64,000 nt of DNA. It comes from Octopus vulgaris. Lineage: Eukaryota. The position numbers were made by a program, and so were the translations under genes. Positions 1 through 13,265 of the stretch are shown here, one piece after another. Each line of letters opens with the position of its first letter. Position 1 is the stretch's first letter. The stretch spans positions 15,128,001 to 15,192,000 of the forward strand of contig OX597823.1 of NCBI GenBank assembly GCA_951406725.2, in the 5' to 3' direction. Below the pieces are notes generated by a model. That model was not told the origin of the DNA. It saw only the letters and a program-made list of their open reading frames with translations, and ran no database searches.

Positions 1-130
1 TTCAAGGATCTCTTTACATAGCCATCTGAGTGCTTGCAGCTCTTGTATTTAATCTTCGGACACAAAGAAACTGCTATCGTCATCATGTGCAAATATATAC
101 GCACAGGTATATATGTATGCATATATGCAT

Positions 131-169
<39 letters not shown>

Positions 170-406
170 TATAGATAGATATAGATATACATAGATAGAT
201 ATATGTATGCATGCATATGTGTGTGTGTGTGTGTGTGTTTTGTGTACTGTGCATATATATAGAATTTAGAATACAAAGCCAATAGTTGTTGAGGTTGTTA
301 AACATATTTAGATGTAGAAAATATCATTGAAATTAACACATCCGCAAGTCCATGTTAGCACAACGTTTTCAAGAAGATCCAAAATTATATTATATATACC
401 AACAAG

Positions 407-519
407 ATAAATTTATGCAAAGCCATTTCTGAATGTTAGAGACATAAGACATCTATAAATTGTACTAATCGGAATTTGACTTCGATTTCTCAAGCAATTT
501 TAGCAATTGCAATAGATTT
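407..519 (+). CDS. Degenerate LRR N-terminal cap (LRRNT) exon; 5' boundary uncertain
   Basis: Reads INLCKAISEC*RHKTSINCTNRNLTSISQAILAIAIDL and ends phase 2 at tt|gtaagt. In-frame TAG at 437-439; an alternative AG acceptor at 438-439 would avoid the stop. Confidence 0.55.
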
Positions 520-2088
520 GTAAGTATTAGACAATTTTTGTAGATTTTCACATACAATGTTTCGTGTTATCATTACTCATCAGCTATTTCTCCTTTATAA
601 TCCTATGCCGTTCAGCTCACGGCTTCAGACAGCGCAATTTCAGAATAAATAAATCAATACAATGTTTCTCAGTGCATATTAATTTAAATTGATTTGTATA
701 AAATAAAGCATTTGACATAACGATCGTATCTAACATGTATTATAACTTTGATTATATATATTTAATACCTGTTCAGTTCAAAATGATAAGAAAGTACGCA
801 AAATTTTGTTACTACTGAAATATTTCCTAAATTCGTTGGACATAATTACTTAGTTAATGGAATCATCTAGTCACAGGTGTCTGAAAATTAGACATCTGTC
901 ACACTCACAAAGTTCCACTTAACTATGCAAATAGTTTAAATTACCAGATTGATTATATGACAAGAAAATATAAAATGGTAATGTATAGAAAATTATTTTT
1001 TAATATTTTAATTATGGTGGTCAGCATTGAAATTTTCGGATTAATCAACAACACAGAATGTCATAGAGATAAACGCATTCTATTAATTATCAATCCCATA
1101 ACTTCACATTTCTGTTGCCCGATCTGTTCCAAGTTACTTGACAACTGAACAAAGTTTTATTTGATTCATTTACTCGCGGTAGTCGGTTCAACTGCTACCA
1201 ACTGTTACCATTCATACAGTCTATGGTAGACAACGGTACTGAAGGAACAATTTTTGCAAACATCAAGCACCTTAAAAAGGTGTGATGAAATATAATTTGG
1301 AGTCGTATTAGTTTGGCAAGTGATACGAGATGAATTTAAATTGTATCAATAATTAAGATGCAGAATTGCAACAAAAATTTTCACACCTAAATAAATAGAT
1401 GAAAAATAAAACTAAAATATCAATAAATATATATAAATAAAATGTATTTCTAATAAATTTTACTTGGTGATCATATCTGTCCTATGTTCTCTGGAATTAT
1501 TTCAACAATAACCGAATGGATACTAAACCTTTTCTCCGTTTCATTTAAAAGGGTGGATTAAATACCTTTACATTATTGCATTCTGACCGAATAAAATTTC
1601 AGTTTAATTTAAATATACCAAAACTATGGTGGATTGATTCAATCAGTTACTGGAATGAGAAGTCATTACCTAAAACAGTGTTTTAGTTCTCAATTTAGAT
1701 TATTAAATAAGTCTCGTATATCGAAGTCCGGTATAATGTTTTAGTTGTTTCGCTCATTTAATGAATTCATCGCTGAATGAATTCACATATCTCCACTCTC
1801 TGTTTAAAACAAATTTGAGCTCTTTTTAGGAGAACAATACCTCAATTATTTACTTTTGACATACCTGTCGCCATATATTTCTATAAATTAGTGTTTATTT
1901 TTTGTGATTATGCTGACGTTTGAAATTACTTACTCGATCAAGCTGAGTTAAGATATTTTATTTATTTGTACGAGAGACATGTTTTTTAATTTCTTCAGTT
2001 ATGTTATATTGGTAAGATATTACACAACATTAAGATAAACAACGATAACCGAAAACTCATGCAAAAATAAATCTCCTGTCTGATACAG

Positions 2089-2160
2089 ATTCCTGGGAAA
2101 TAATATGATTACAAATATTGAAGATGGTTCCTGGAAAGGACTCAGCAAGTTACAGAATTT
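2089..2160 (+). CDS. LRR exon 1 (FLGNNMITNIEDGSWKGLSKLQNL)
   Basis: tacag|72 nt|gtaagt, phase 2-2, LRR consensus. Confidence 0.9.
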
Positions 2161-2254
2161 GTAAGTCGGGTATATTATTCACTAACACAGTATTACATAT
2201 GTGTGTGGGGCGGGTGCGTGCGTGTGTGAGTGCGTGTGTTTGTGTGTGTGTGCC

Positions 2255-2299
<45 letters not shown>

Positions 2300-2952
2300 T
2301 TTCACGCGCGTGTGTCTAGCAGAGACACGTCATACACTTTTAATCTGATACCGATTCTAATCGTGTTTCATACACAAATCTTTCATTCAGCCAGCACTAT
2401 ATCTTTCTCAAGATATTCCTAATTTCTTTCTTACATTCTACCCCAACCGTACACTGCCATTTAATCCTGCGGTCGCTCTCTAATCAAAGCAATAAATCTG
2501 ACATCTTTGTGCACCTGCATACCCTTTGACAATTTAAATCACCTAATTAGTCGCAGCTAATATACCATCTGACACACCAAACGCGTCTCAGTGTCATAAT
2601 AAACTATTGCGACCAGGATCTTCCCATCCGCCACCTAATCAAAGCCATAATTCCATAAAACTCAGTTATAGTTGGACACTCAAGTAGTTCTGGAAAACAA
2701 CTCTCTTTAACACTTGAAGAATATTACTTACTACTACACAGATTCACTGTACACGACCGTAAAGCACGCGAGACTATTGTCAGAAAATCAATGGACAACG
2801 CTGCAATGGAGATATCAAGCATTATCCCGTGTCCCACCATCTTTTGTTTGAGCAAGTTGCCCGGACCAAAGACACTCTTTCTCTCTGACTATTCCCGTCT
2901 TCTATAACATTTTGATATCATAAAACAGTTTTCGCTAAATAGTTAGCACAGT

Positions 2953-3295
2953 GAGAATGGGGGGACCCCCTTCGGTCATGAATGACCATGGGATTGCACC
3001 TAGAAAGTTACCTTCCGAGGTACAAGTCCGGACAAGGTTGTTATATGAAAGGCCAGCAGTCTCCCATGCATACCAGCAAGCCTTCTCTCTCCACACCACT
3101 GATGTTATCCAAGGGAACGGTAAAGACCGATACAGCTTGGCACCAGTGACGTCGCAACTACAGCTGAGTTAACTGGAGCAATGTGAATTAAAGTGTCTTG
3201 CTCAAGAACACAACACACATCCCGGTCCGGGAATCAAACTCACAACCTCACGATCGTAAGCTCGATGCTCTAACCACTGAGCCATGCGCCTTCAC
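2953..3295 (-). mobile_element. tRNA-derived SINE
   Basis: Minus strand begins gtgaaggcgcatggctcagtggttagagc (A/B boxes); flanked by agttagc(a/g)cagt TSD. Confidence 0.85.
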
Positions 3296-3695
3296 AGTTA
3301 GCGCAGTAAATATAGCAGTAACAGACACAAAACGTAACGTAAAATAAGGCTCAATAACTGGTGAAATTTGACACGCACAATAGACATAATAGATACTGAC
3401 TGTCTGACTTTATAGTGGCCTCTCATACTGCTTTATCACGTGGGAAGAGGAGTACCATTTTCACTACAACAAATCAGCATCAATATATTAATGAGGTGTG
3501 TATAATTTCCGCACATCTCCGTCTACAGACGTCCATCTACATAAATATTTTCATTAATATCAATATTTATAATGATTTCTTGTTTTGTATTAAGCTTTTC
3601 TTTTTCTTTGAGACAAATTGTTTAGGCTTAACATTTTACATTTTATCACATATCTGCTTTATATCATGTCTTGTGAACTCACTTTCATATTGCAG

Positions 3696-3764
3696 ATACC
3701 TGGAAGATAATAAAATCGACAATATAGACGGAGCTTTCAAAGGCTTGGACAATTTACATATCTT
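3696..3764 (+). CDS. LRR exon 2 (YLEDNKIDNIDGAFKGLDNLHIL)
   Basis: tgcag|69 nt|gtaagt, phase 2-2. Confidence 0.9.
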
Positions 3765-3912
3765 GTAAGTGAGCTCAGAATTGTCAACATATTTTCATTA
3801 ACATTACTTTTTACCATTTAAAATCTGTTTTCTCTCTTTCCCTCTCAGCCTTTCATTCTCTCTCTCTCTCTCCCTCTCTCTCTCTCTCTCCCTCTCTCTC
3901 TCCCTCTCTCTC

Positions 3913-3950
<38 letters not shown>

Positions 3951-3959
3951 CGTTCAGAT

Positions 3960-4380
3960 ATAGTGAAAGTATGGTCCATCTTTATCCGAGCTTTAACAAA
4001 TTGCTTCATAATGCCAAGTTTGAGAAGGAATGGAGGTAGGATAATTTCTCCCGGTTGAACTAAAGATTCTTCAACCACATTAAAAGACCCTCGAACTAAT
4101 GATCGCTCTGGCCATTCTTTGATCACCCAGTATCTTCCCTGTTTGGCCATTTTACTGAAAAACGCATGGAAATTTGGTGCGTCTACTTTGTTGCCCAAGG
4201 AGAAAATTAACCTTGTTAAAGTTCACACATATCAGCCCCTGACGATTGCAGTGCTTAATTCTCTCTGGCACTGCTTTTACCACTTCATATTTATCTGCTA
4301 TTTTTGCAGAGTGAGCAACTGGAACAGCAGCCAATATATTTTCATTATGAAGCACATAGTATTTCAAATTCTATCACATT
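3960..4380 (-). mobile_element. Chapaev3-like DNA transposase fragment; a second short piece at about 4720-4830
   Basis: Frameshifted motifs VNFLLGQQS..TKFPC and [18 protein letters not shown]; family name from recall. Confidence 0.65.
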
Positions 4381-4451
4381 TACATGACTGAGTGTGTAAA
4401 AGATTGTAAAATTGTTACTTCAAATGTTATATAATTACTTTTGTATTACAG

Positions 4452-4523
4452 AGAACTGAGAAACAATACAATTACAACCATTGATGAACGGTCCTTCCAG
4501 TTCCTTCACAATTTAAAAGAAAT
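4452..4523 (+). CDS. LRR exon 3 (ELRNNTITTIDERSFQFLHNLKEI)
   Basis: tacag|72 nt|gtaagt. Confidence 0.9.
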
Positions 4524-5449
4524 GTAAGTTAAATGCACCTATGTTTTTCTTTTCTCACTAATACTGATATTCCTTAGCTTGATCACTTTCTTTCACATCT
4601 CCCTAACAATAAAAATTCCGTGTCTGTCTTCAGTCCACCAGCTGCTGATTTTCCCGTAGCTGCGCTACAGCTTGTATGGACAATGCCATGAGGATCTCGC
4701 TCACTCTTCAAAACTGGATGGCGTTTATCCAGCTTTGCAACTTCTGCTTTCACCAGTTCGTATTTATCTGCTAGTTTTGCAGAATGAGCAACTGAAACAA
4801 TATCCAATACAATTTCATTATGAAGCAGATAATATTTTGTCCAGTGTGCGAAAGGTACCTTCGAGCATTACACGGCCTTTAAGATTTCCCGTCTCCCAAA
4901 ACCCAACCGGATTTCTTGTCCCTTGCCAAATGGTTTTCCGCCAACTTCATGGATACCTCTTTACCTCTCTTTCAGTACAATGTAGTTATCCCATGGGAAA
5001 AACTATTACTATCATTGCTGTATTGTATCTGATTACAAACCACGTTCTCTTGACCAATTCTCTCCAAATCTATCCCTATTCCACTACGATAGTGTCTTCT
5101 TTCCTCACACAGCATGCCAAATGCTACTTTAATACAAACAAGGCCTCTCCAATTATAATTAAATATTGCACCTCAGTTCGTGCTTCCACACTCTGTGACT
5201 TTCAATCTGGATAAGGGGATATACCGTGATATTTGGATGCCAGCTTCAGTGTCTCATTCCAAAATAAGAGGTACACCCTCCGAACCCACCATATTACTCT
5301 CATTTCTAATCTCTCCAAGGTTATGAAAGTGACAGTCATAAACGATGTTGATCTCTCCCTTTCACTCTCTTTCTCTCTTTCTCTTTCTCTCTCATTCTTT
5401 CACTTTATATCTCATCCTTTCCCTTTCTTTTCCCTGAATGACCACAGTA

Positions 5450-6800
5450 CTGCTTCTGCAGAGCCAGATCTACTGGTTGCTTACCCTTTTAAGTCATTCG
5501 TCCGTGGCACCTAGCTTTAGAGAAGTTCGGTAAAAGCAACGTTATTGCTCTTAACATCACCAAAGCCTTCCAAAGTGCCAGACATGAAAATCTTCACTCA
5601 TAACTTTCAGCTTGCGAACTGAACATTTCTTTCATCTTGGATCGGTAGCTTCCAATCTGATCGCACAATTGTGGAATGTACTAAAGGAGCTCTACCTGTT
5701 ATATTCTCAAACAACACAGTTGTTTCCTAGGATCCCGTCCTGTTACCTACTTTATTCTTTCTGTACATCTAGCAACGTTCACTCTTAAGAAGATGTTACG
5801 ATCCTTCTCTCCTTTCTAACTTCCATTGACTTTGCATCATCCACACCACATGCAACTTACATACCACATGCTAAACTTGCTTTGATTCCATAAACGAAGG
5901 CTTGGGGTGTATCCCTCACTGAGGCCATGCCAAATTTACCTTTTAACAGCAGAAAAATTCAAGTACTGCACATACCAATAAGCACCACCGCATCACAAAC
6001 CCTTTAAATACGTGTGGGACTCAGTTAAAGCCGAGTTGCTCGAAATGCCTGGTCTCGCTATCGTCGGGGATCTCTCCTGGTAAAGCATATCTTCCGTGTA
6101 GACAGGAATGCATCCCCAAAGACAAGGTCGACTCTTCAGGGTCAAAAGGTATTTCAGCTTCCAGCGTTTGTAAACACTCTACAAGTCTCAGGAAAAGCCC
6201 ACATGGAGATGATGTGCGCCCGCATCTGGGACAGTGCTGCTGCTCTGCACACATCCAGTGAAGGGTCACTCACCCAACAGGTATTCAATCACTAACAGAA
6301 ATACTCCAGCTTCTGGTGCACAGGTATACTTATTTCTTTATTGCCCACAAGGGGCTAAACACAGAGAGGACAAACAAGGACAGACAAACGAATTAAGTCG
6401 ATTACATCGATCCCAGTGCGTAACTGGTACTTAATTTATCGACCCCGAACGGATGAAAGGCGAAGTCGACCTCGGCGGAATTTGAACTCAGAACGTAACG
6501 GCAGACGAAATACGGCTACACATTTCGCCCGGCGCGCTAACGTTTCTGCCAGCTCGCCGCCTTGCACAGGCATACTGGCATACTGACACCTCCCTCTGTC
6601 TTTTTTATCGCCACTATAATGTATTCTATTCCTTGGAGCTAACTGGATTTGTACATCTACTGTCAATATACATCATCTCTCGTTATACTTGTTGCATCCA
6701 ACTTCTCGGCTTAATGCAAACCACGATCCCTAGTCTTTTCTTACCATCATCTTTCCGCTAATGTCTTCCCTGTAACTGTTGACCTGTAACAGTTAGTTTA
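5450..6800 (+). mobile_element. Decayed LINE reverse-transcriptase fragment interrupted by a SINE
   Basis: Remnants of ALDIxKAF (ALNITKAF) and GVPQGSVLxPxLF motifs. Confidence 0.55.
6331..6562 (-). mobile_element. SINE with Nin/Deu-like central domain
   Basis: Head ggcggcgagctggcagaaacgttagc; core gcctttcatcc.ttcggggtcgataaattaagtaccag; also at 10010, 37795, 44385-44780 and 47308. Confidence 0.85.
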
Positions 6801-7032
6801 ACGGCGCCTACTCCACCGGCCTCCTCGGAGAGAGACAACAAGCATTATTGGCTCTGCCTCTTACTACTGTGACTCAGCAAGTAAAAAAATTCCTTGACAC
6901 TTCTATTGCTGTAAATAAATGTTTTTCTTTTCTATTAAACTCTTTAATTTGAAACAAGATTATTGATGAATATTTATATTTTCCATAGACCTGCACAACA
7001 TCATCTGTTATAAATCCTCTTTCTTACTACAG

Positions 7033-7104
7033 ATATTTGGACAGTAATAACATCACATATATTGAAAAAGAAACTTTCAAAGGCCTTTACAATTTAAAGG
7101 AGCT
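7033..7104 (+). CDS. LRR exon 4 (YLDSNNITYIEKETFKGLYNLKEL)
   Basis: tacag|72 nt|gtaagt. Confidence 0.92.
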
Positions 7105-7729
7105 GTAAGTAGGATCAGACTTAACACATTTTAATTTATAATGTTTTAGTAAAATATCTATGTATATGTCTCCGTCTTACTCTCTCTCTCTCACACACTC
7201 TCTCCTTTGTTTGTTTATTTCTTTCTTTTTTCTGTCATTGTATGTACGTGTATGTATGTCTATGAGCATGTAAATATAAAAAATGTATTTGCTTGTCCAC
7301 CAAACACATGTCTCTGTAAGTCATTTTTATTGTTTAGCACTATATCAGCGCTGAAGGAGAAGGGCTATACTCAGACGCTTTTTAGTCATGATGATCACAA
7401 CATATCTAAAACAGATAATATTTCTAGGTAATAAAGAGACTCATGGCGCCGTTCTCTTATCTGTTCCTGGTCGATTTATTTACTAAATATTCGTGATGGC
7501 AACAATATTGTGTGGGGAAATCGGTAACAACTTTTAGTTAATTTTGACTGACAAAGTAAAAAGACACTGTGACGTGTGTTTGTCTCGCAAGACAACAATG
7601 TAAATATACCGAATTTTCTTAAAATAATTTTAATAAAATTATTTATCTACAGTTAACCTTCACAGGAGTTTCTCTCTGTTTTGGTAGGAGCAGTAATGCT
7701 AGGTACATCATACACAATTTTATCTATGC

Positions 7730-7763
<34 letters not shown>

Positions 7764-8150
7764 ATACTTAAATGCATGTATACATACGTATACCTGTATA
7801 TATACGCACTCATGTATGTTTACGTATAGGATCAAGTCATATTTGTAGAACTTACAAAAGCACAGTCACGTACATACAGCCAAATGATAAGTATCCGTAT
7901 TTTTGGAAAAAGTTACCAATAGGAGCCTCACTACATTTGTTTAGAAAGCTGATTCTCATAATTTTAGGATCTTTAGAAGATTTCATTTTCCAAAACTTGT
8001 CATAATATCTCAACAGATGACAGGTGCTTGTCGATTTATATTGATTACTATAGAACAAATTTTTAATCCCATCACAAATATGTTAATAAATGTCTAAAAA
8101 ATTGTCAAGCTGAATTTCATCTAAAGTATATACCCTTTTTTATGTAACAG

Positions 8151-8222
8151 GCGTCTCCCATCAAATCATATTGTAACTATTGATGAAAGTTGGTTCCAGG
8201 ACCTTACTAATTTAACAAGCTT
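8151..8222 (+). CDS. LRR exon 5 (RLPSNHIVTIDESWFQDLTNLTSL)
   Basis: aacag|72 nt|gtaagt. Confidence 0.9.
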
Positions 8223-8332
8223 GTAAGTTGCATGTAGTTTTCAATTATACTGATTTTGTTTTTCATTGTATGTTATATGTGTGATTGTAAATGTGTTTGT
8301 AAGAGTAAATAGATTTCTTTTTGTGTTTATAA

Positions 8333-9050
8333 TAACAGAAATACCGGCGTTATCCGGGTTAAAGAAAATAATGAAATTTTAAAACGTTGTCTAGATTACA
8401 TAGGTCTCAACTGCTAGTAGCTGAGGTACCAACTTTCTACGTAACTCTGCATCTCATGCCAACATGGAATATAGACGTTAAGTAAATTGTGAAAAGAAAG
8501 TTTTCAACTCATATATGTATATGAAGTAAATACACGTTTACTAACCTATTTCGTCACCAAAAATAGATACAGATTATAAACAATGAAAGGCCTTGCGTAG
8601 AGTACACACATCCACACACAATCAGACAGCGAATATATCTTATTGTTTCACTTTTACACACACAGATATACATTCATGTCAATCGAAAAGTGAAAGTGTA
8701 ATATTAATACTTTAATACTCAATGTATTACACTTCTGAATTTGACATGGACTTACTATTCATGTTAGTGCTTCTTCATATACTGTGTTTTCTGTTTTGCC
8801 CTGTTTATCACTGAGAATGTAGTGGTTCTTTTCATCTCCAACTCTTGAACATCAAACATACAGCTGACCATGTGAGAAGCAAGGTTGAAAGAGGTTAAGT
8901 CCCACCACCTTTAGAGATTGACCTTGTGCTTTGTTGATAGACATTGCAAAGCTAAGTTTGACAGGAAACTGTAGTCTGTTGAACTGAAAGGGGTGATCAT
9001 TTGAGATTAGAGGTATCCTTGGAATGAATGCACTCTCACCCATCATGTTG
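8333..9050 (-). mobile_element. Helitron 3' fragment (PIF1-type helicase C-terminus)
   Basis: RLQFPVKLSFAMSINKAQGQSLKVVGLNL..PCFSHGQLYV*CSRV with a stop; 3' hairpin cccggataacgccgg near 8345. Confidence 0.85.
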
Positions 9051-10009
9051 CCATGATGGAGAAGAATTTTCTCACCTGCATAGCTGCATTTGTGCCTCTG
9101 TCAGAGTGGCATCCCAGTGTGAGTCATCTTCCAGAAGACCGCTGAGATGGCAAGGATACCCTCCCCCCGTTTCACTACCTCACTGCATCTTCCTACTTTA
9201 CGCTACATGTCCTTACATTTCCTTAAAGTCATTGTTCCTCCCATCCTCTCGTCTTTAACGATGACTCCAATTCTTGTCCCGAACTATTAGAAAGTGCTAA
9301 TGTCCATACCTACCTGTATCCCTGACAACCATACAGACACACCAAATATTGTCAATGCATTTCTCAGGATTTGCCGTCTATGAACCAATTTGATTATCGG
9401 ATCACTTTCAAATTATCTTAACCAAACTCACTTACTTGGGCTATACAACACATCTTCACGCCAAAGAAATCTCTTTGGGAATTTAAATCAGCTAACTTGT
9501 CCGAGTTCTGCCGGCTCTATTACAACTACATTTGACAACAAGTGTACTTCAACATTGAAATACAGTTTATGTAACCGACAGTTTGATCGAATCTATCCAG
9601 CAAGGTATATCTGTTTTCAGGTTCATTATACTAAAGTCTAATTTCCAAGACATCCAAATAATTGTTTTAAAAGTAAAATATTTTATACTAGCTGACCTTG
9701 TGCCGTCAAAAATGACGGCTAATTGTAGTATTTTATATATATAAATAAGGTACAAAACAAGCTACATAATAATCACACATACAAACATTCACATACTTCT
9801 CTTGTACATGCACACGCATACACACTTCCTTCCCCTCACTACTTCTCCTTCACTGAATTACATTTTTCACTCCTCTCCCTTCACTTATACTACTCTTTCT
9901 CCTACTCCATCCTACTCCTACTCCGTGATTTTGGACAAATAAATATATATACACATATATACAAATATATAAAAAAAAATTACGCTCATTATTATATTAG
10001 GAGATTGTA

Positions 10010-10223
10010 AGGGCGACGAGCAGGCAGAAACGTTAGCACGCTAGGCAAAATGCGTAGCGGTATTTCGTTTGTCTTTACGTTCTGAGTTCAAATTCTACCG
10101 AGGTCGACTTTGACTTTCATCCTTTCGGGGTCGATAAATTAACTAGCAGTTGCGTACTGGGGTCGATCTAATCGACTGGCCCACTCCTCCAAAATTTCGG
10201 GCTTTGTGCCTAGAGTAGAAAAA
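10010..10223 (+). mobile_element. SINE (Nin-like core)
   Basis: 17-bp TSD tatattaggagattgta at 9993-10009 and 10224-10240. Confidence 0.9.
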
Positions 10224-10295
10224 TATATTAGGAGATTGTATTTCACTTCTGTTTGCCTTTATGTCGTCTTTTATGATCTGTCTTTTATTTTTCAG

Positions 10296-10367
10296 ACACC
10301 TTGCTTACAATGAAATAAGGAATATTGAAAACGGTAGCTTCAAAAACCTTGACCAATTAGAGGAGCT
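10296..10367 (+). CDS. LRR exon 6, 'FKNL' type (HLAYNEIRNIENGSFKNLDQLEEL)
   Basis: ttcag|72 nt|gtaagt. Confidence 0.92.
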
Positions 10368-11687
10368 GTAAGTTGAATCAAACTTGTATATAAGTATATA
10401 TTGTATTATATATATGTACAGTAAATTCCCTCATATTTATTACCGATGGGCCCTGAGAGTTGCTGAATAACTGAATTTTCCAGATTTCTGATCATCACTT
10501 ATTAGATGGTCCAAAGCCCCTTATAAAGCTTATTAAATCTTTATATATCCATCAGTATTATCAGTAATATTTTGTACACTGTAGAGAGGAGAAAATGGGA
10601 GAAAATATTAGTATAATTTGCGTAAAGAACAAGTTTTATTAATCTTATGAAATACAGTTATATATAGTAAATGCTGTAAAATAAAATACTGTATTTTGAA
10701 AAGCATCACTCTATCTTAAATATAGTAGAAAGTTTCCTTCTTTGCACGATTAATTAATACAAATTAGCACAACTTCTCTTGACTAAAGGAGAACACATAT
10801 TCTTTTCTTTCTTTCTGGGTATCAGTTTCCTGGGGAACGATACCCAGTGGGTGCATATGCCTTTGTATGTCATTGAGATTATAAGAGTGTATCTGGAAGC
10901 AGCCGCAAGTAGATACCCTGTCATAATCTATAGCATGCTGCTTATCTGTAGCCCTAGACAAGCGCTGGTGGAATTTTGCTCTTGAACGGGCTTTTTAATC
11001 TTGACCATCACATGTAATTGTGTACATATTTTATATATAGCTGTATTATCCGACGTGTTCTTGCTTTTTTATACTTTGTGCAATCTTTGGCAAATTTAGC
11101 TGTTATATTTAGTGATTTAAGACAGCGTTATATATACTGTAAAAAAGACAAGGACACCGGACAGGAAAAAAATAAGAAAAAACGTTCCAAAAAAAAGGAA
11201 CGGAAAAAGAAACGAAATCAAGAAAGCTATGGTCCTTGACTTCTATAATTACAGAAAACTCATTAAATACAAATGATTTAAAACAAAATAACAGAAAAAT
11301 ATGTTAAAAATCTGCGAAACAGCAACTCAATCCGGGGTGACCTCAAATTCAGTAAACAAAAAAATGGTCCATGTGTCTACAACTGCTAGAAATGTCAGAT
11401 CACGAATTAAGTGGTGTAATGGAATTGCTGGATCTAAGAAGAATATAAGATCCTTTTACTACTCATAAGTAGCATTTCTTAGATCCATTAACATTTGGCT
11501 TGGATTTCTCAACAATTTTCCATTGTATGTGGTGTTGAGTTGCTCTGAAAATTCCGTACGTGGTTTTCCAAATTGGTTGCACTACATTTATTGATGTGCC
11601 AGAACGAAGATAGGTGGTTTGCATAACTTATCTTGAATTTGCATTCACATAACCCGATGTAATTCTTATTTTCAATTGATTTGTCTT

Positions 11688-11822
11688 GGAGTTTATTATA
11701 CACGCATGGTCAAGTGGACAAGCTTCGAGGTTTCGACATTATACCTCTAAGAGACCACTCTTAGTTGTAACTATCGAGACCCTGAAACTTGCCCGCTTGA
11801 TCAGGTGTTTTTAATAAACTCC
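11688..11822. repeat. Short foldback/MITE-like hairpin
   Basis: ggagtttatta...taataaactcc termini with imperfect inverted arms. Confidence 0.65.
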
Positions 11823-12699
11823 ATCAAATAGAAGGCTGAAGTAACAGCTACGCTCCAAGAAAAATATTGAATTAAAGATTAAAGCCTCAAGTATATAAGT
11901 AGCGAATAGCTTATGATTTACGATAAGATTAATATAATTTAGTATTCTAGATTAGGATAGATTAAAGCATATAAGGTAATTATAAGGAAAAATGATATTA
12001 ATATTCATACATAAATTATTGTTTAAAATATATAATTATAGTTATAATACATGTAGATACACTAAAATATATTTTCATACCTAAATATTGTATAAACATA
12101 ATTAGTAACTGAATGATTTCAAAATATGAATTATCATTATATTGAAGGTGGCGGAATTGACCATATAAATAGTTAAATACAATTACCCAGACTGATCAAT
12201 AAGTATCAAGATCGTTGCCCTAGTAACAAAAGTAGAGCACGCAGACAAAAACCGCTTGGTACAGATTGACCTTAAACTCTGCTGTGCATGCGCACTAAGT
12301 TTTAACGTTCTAGTTCACTTCCGTTGTTTACAGCAGTGCTTTGAAGCAAGGTGTGCAGCGTGTAATCCTCCCATTGACCATGACAAAGCAAGTTGAGCAG
12401 AGAATCTGCATCAACTGTTCAGTTGGTCGAATCAGCTGGGACCCTCATCGTCGTAACTGACGGAGCACTCCTGACACACACACACACAGAAACACACACA
12501 CACACACGCATATATATATATATATATCGTTAGCAACTACACACATTTTTTCTCTCGTTGTTTTTTCTGTGTCCCTTTCTGTAGAAGAGCGTAGGCTCGA
12601 AACGTAAAAGACTTTTTCTATTCCTGAGCATTATACTAATACATGTGTTTGTTTTGTACACCACCTGTCTTCGTCTTTTGTTGTTTTTTTTTGTAAACT

Positions 12700-12756
<57 letters not shown>

Positions 12757-12864
12757 TATATACAGACACACAGAGATGTATATGTAAGTGTATGTGTGTA
12801 TAGGTACTGATCTACGAATATGGGTGTATGCATGTGTATGCATGTGCGATACCTACACAGGAGC

Positions 12865-13265
12865 ATACGCAAAGTTTTGAAAAAGTTTTCATAGTTCTCT
12901 ATACAATCAAGGATATCTTGTTCAACTGAAAACCAAGTGTCTTTTTGGTCGGCTGAAAACAGTTTTGGTACAAACTTGGCAGACACGCGTCTAATATCCA
13001 AATCTTCAATGATAATGGGTTAAACTGTACCGTAAATAATCTGCACATCTTCTGATAACTCACGGATGGGGACTCGATGATTTCCCCCTCACAGCTGCGA
13101 TGTTTTTCTCCGTTCTGCTGGTTGCAGGTCTCCCAGAACATTCGTCAATACCGACAATTTTCGGCCATCTTGGAAACGTCTGAACAACTCGTACACTTGT
13201 GTGTGGCTCATACACTCTTCTCCATACACTTTCTGCAATGTTACGCGGGCCACTGAGCAGGTATC
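12865..13265 (-). mobile_element. Mariner transposase fragment
   Basis: RRVSAKFVPKLFSADQK (WVPxxL-like linker); frameshifted. Confidence 0.75.

Noticed and set aside
957-1148. Possible signal-peptide first exon
   Set aside because: Lies downstream of the LRRNT exon, ends in a stop and has no suitable donor.
9390-9641. FGNLNQL LRR-like snippet
   Set aside because: No flanking AG/GT at 72-nt spacing and the rest does not fit the consensus.
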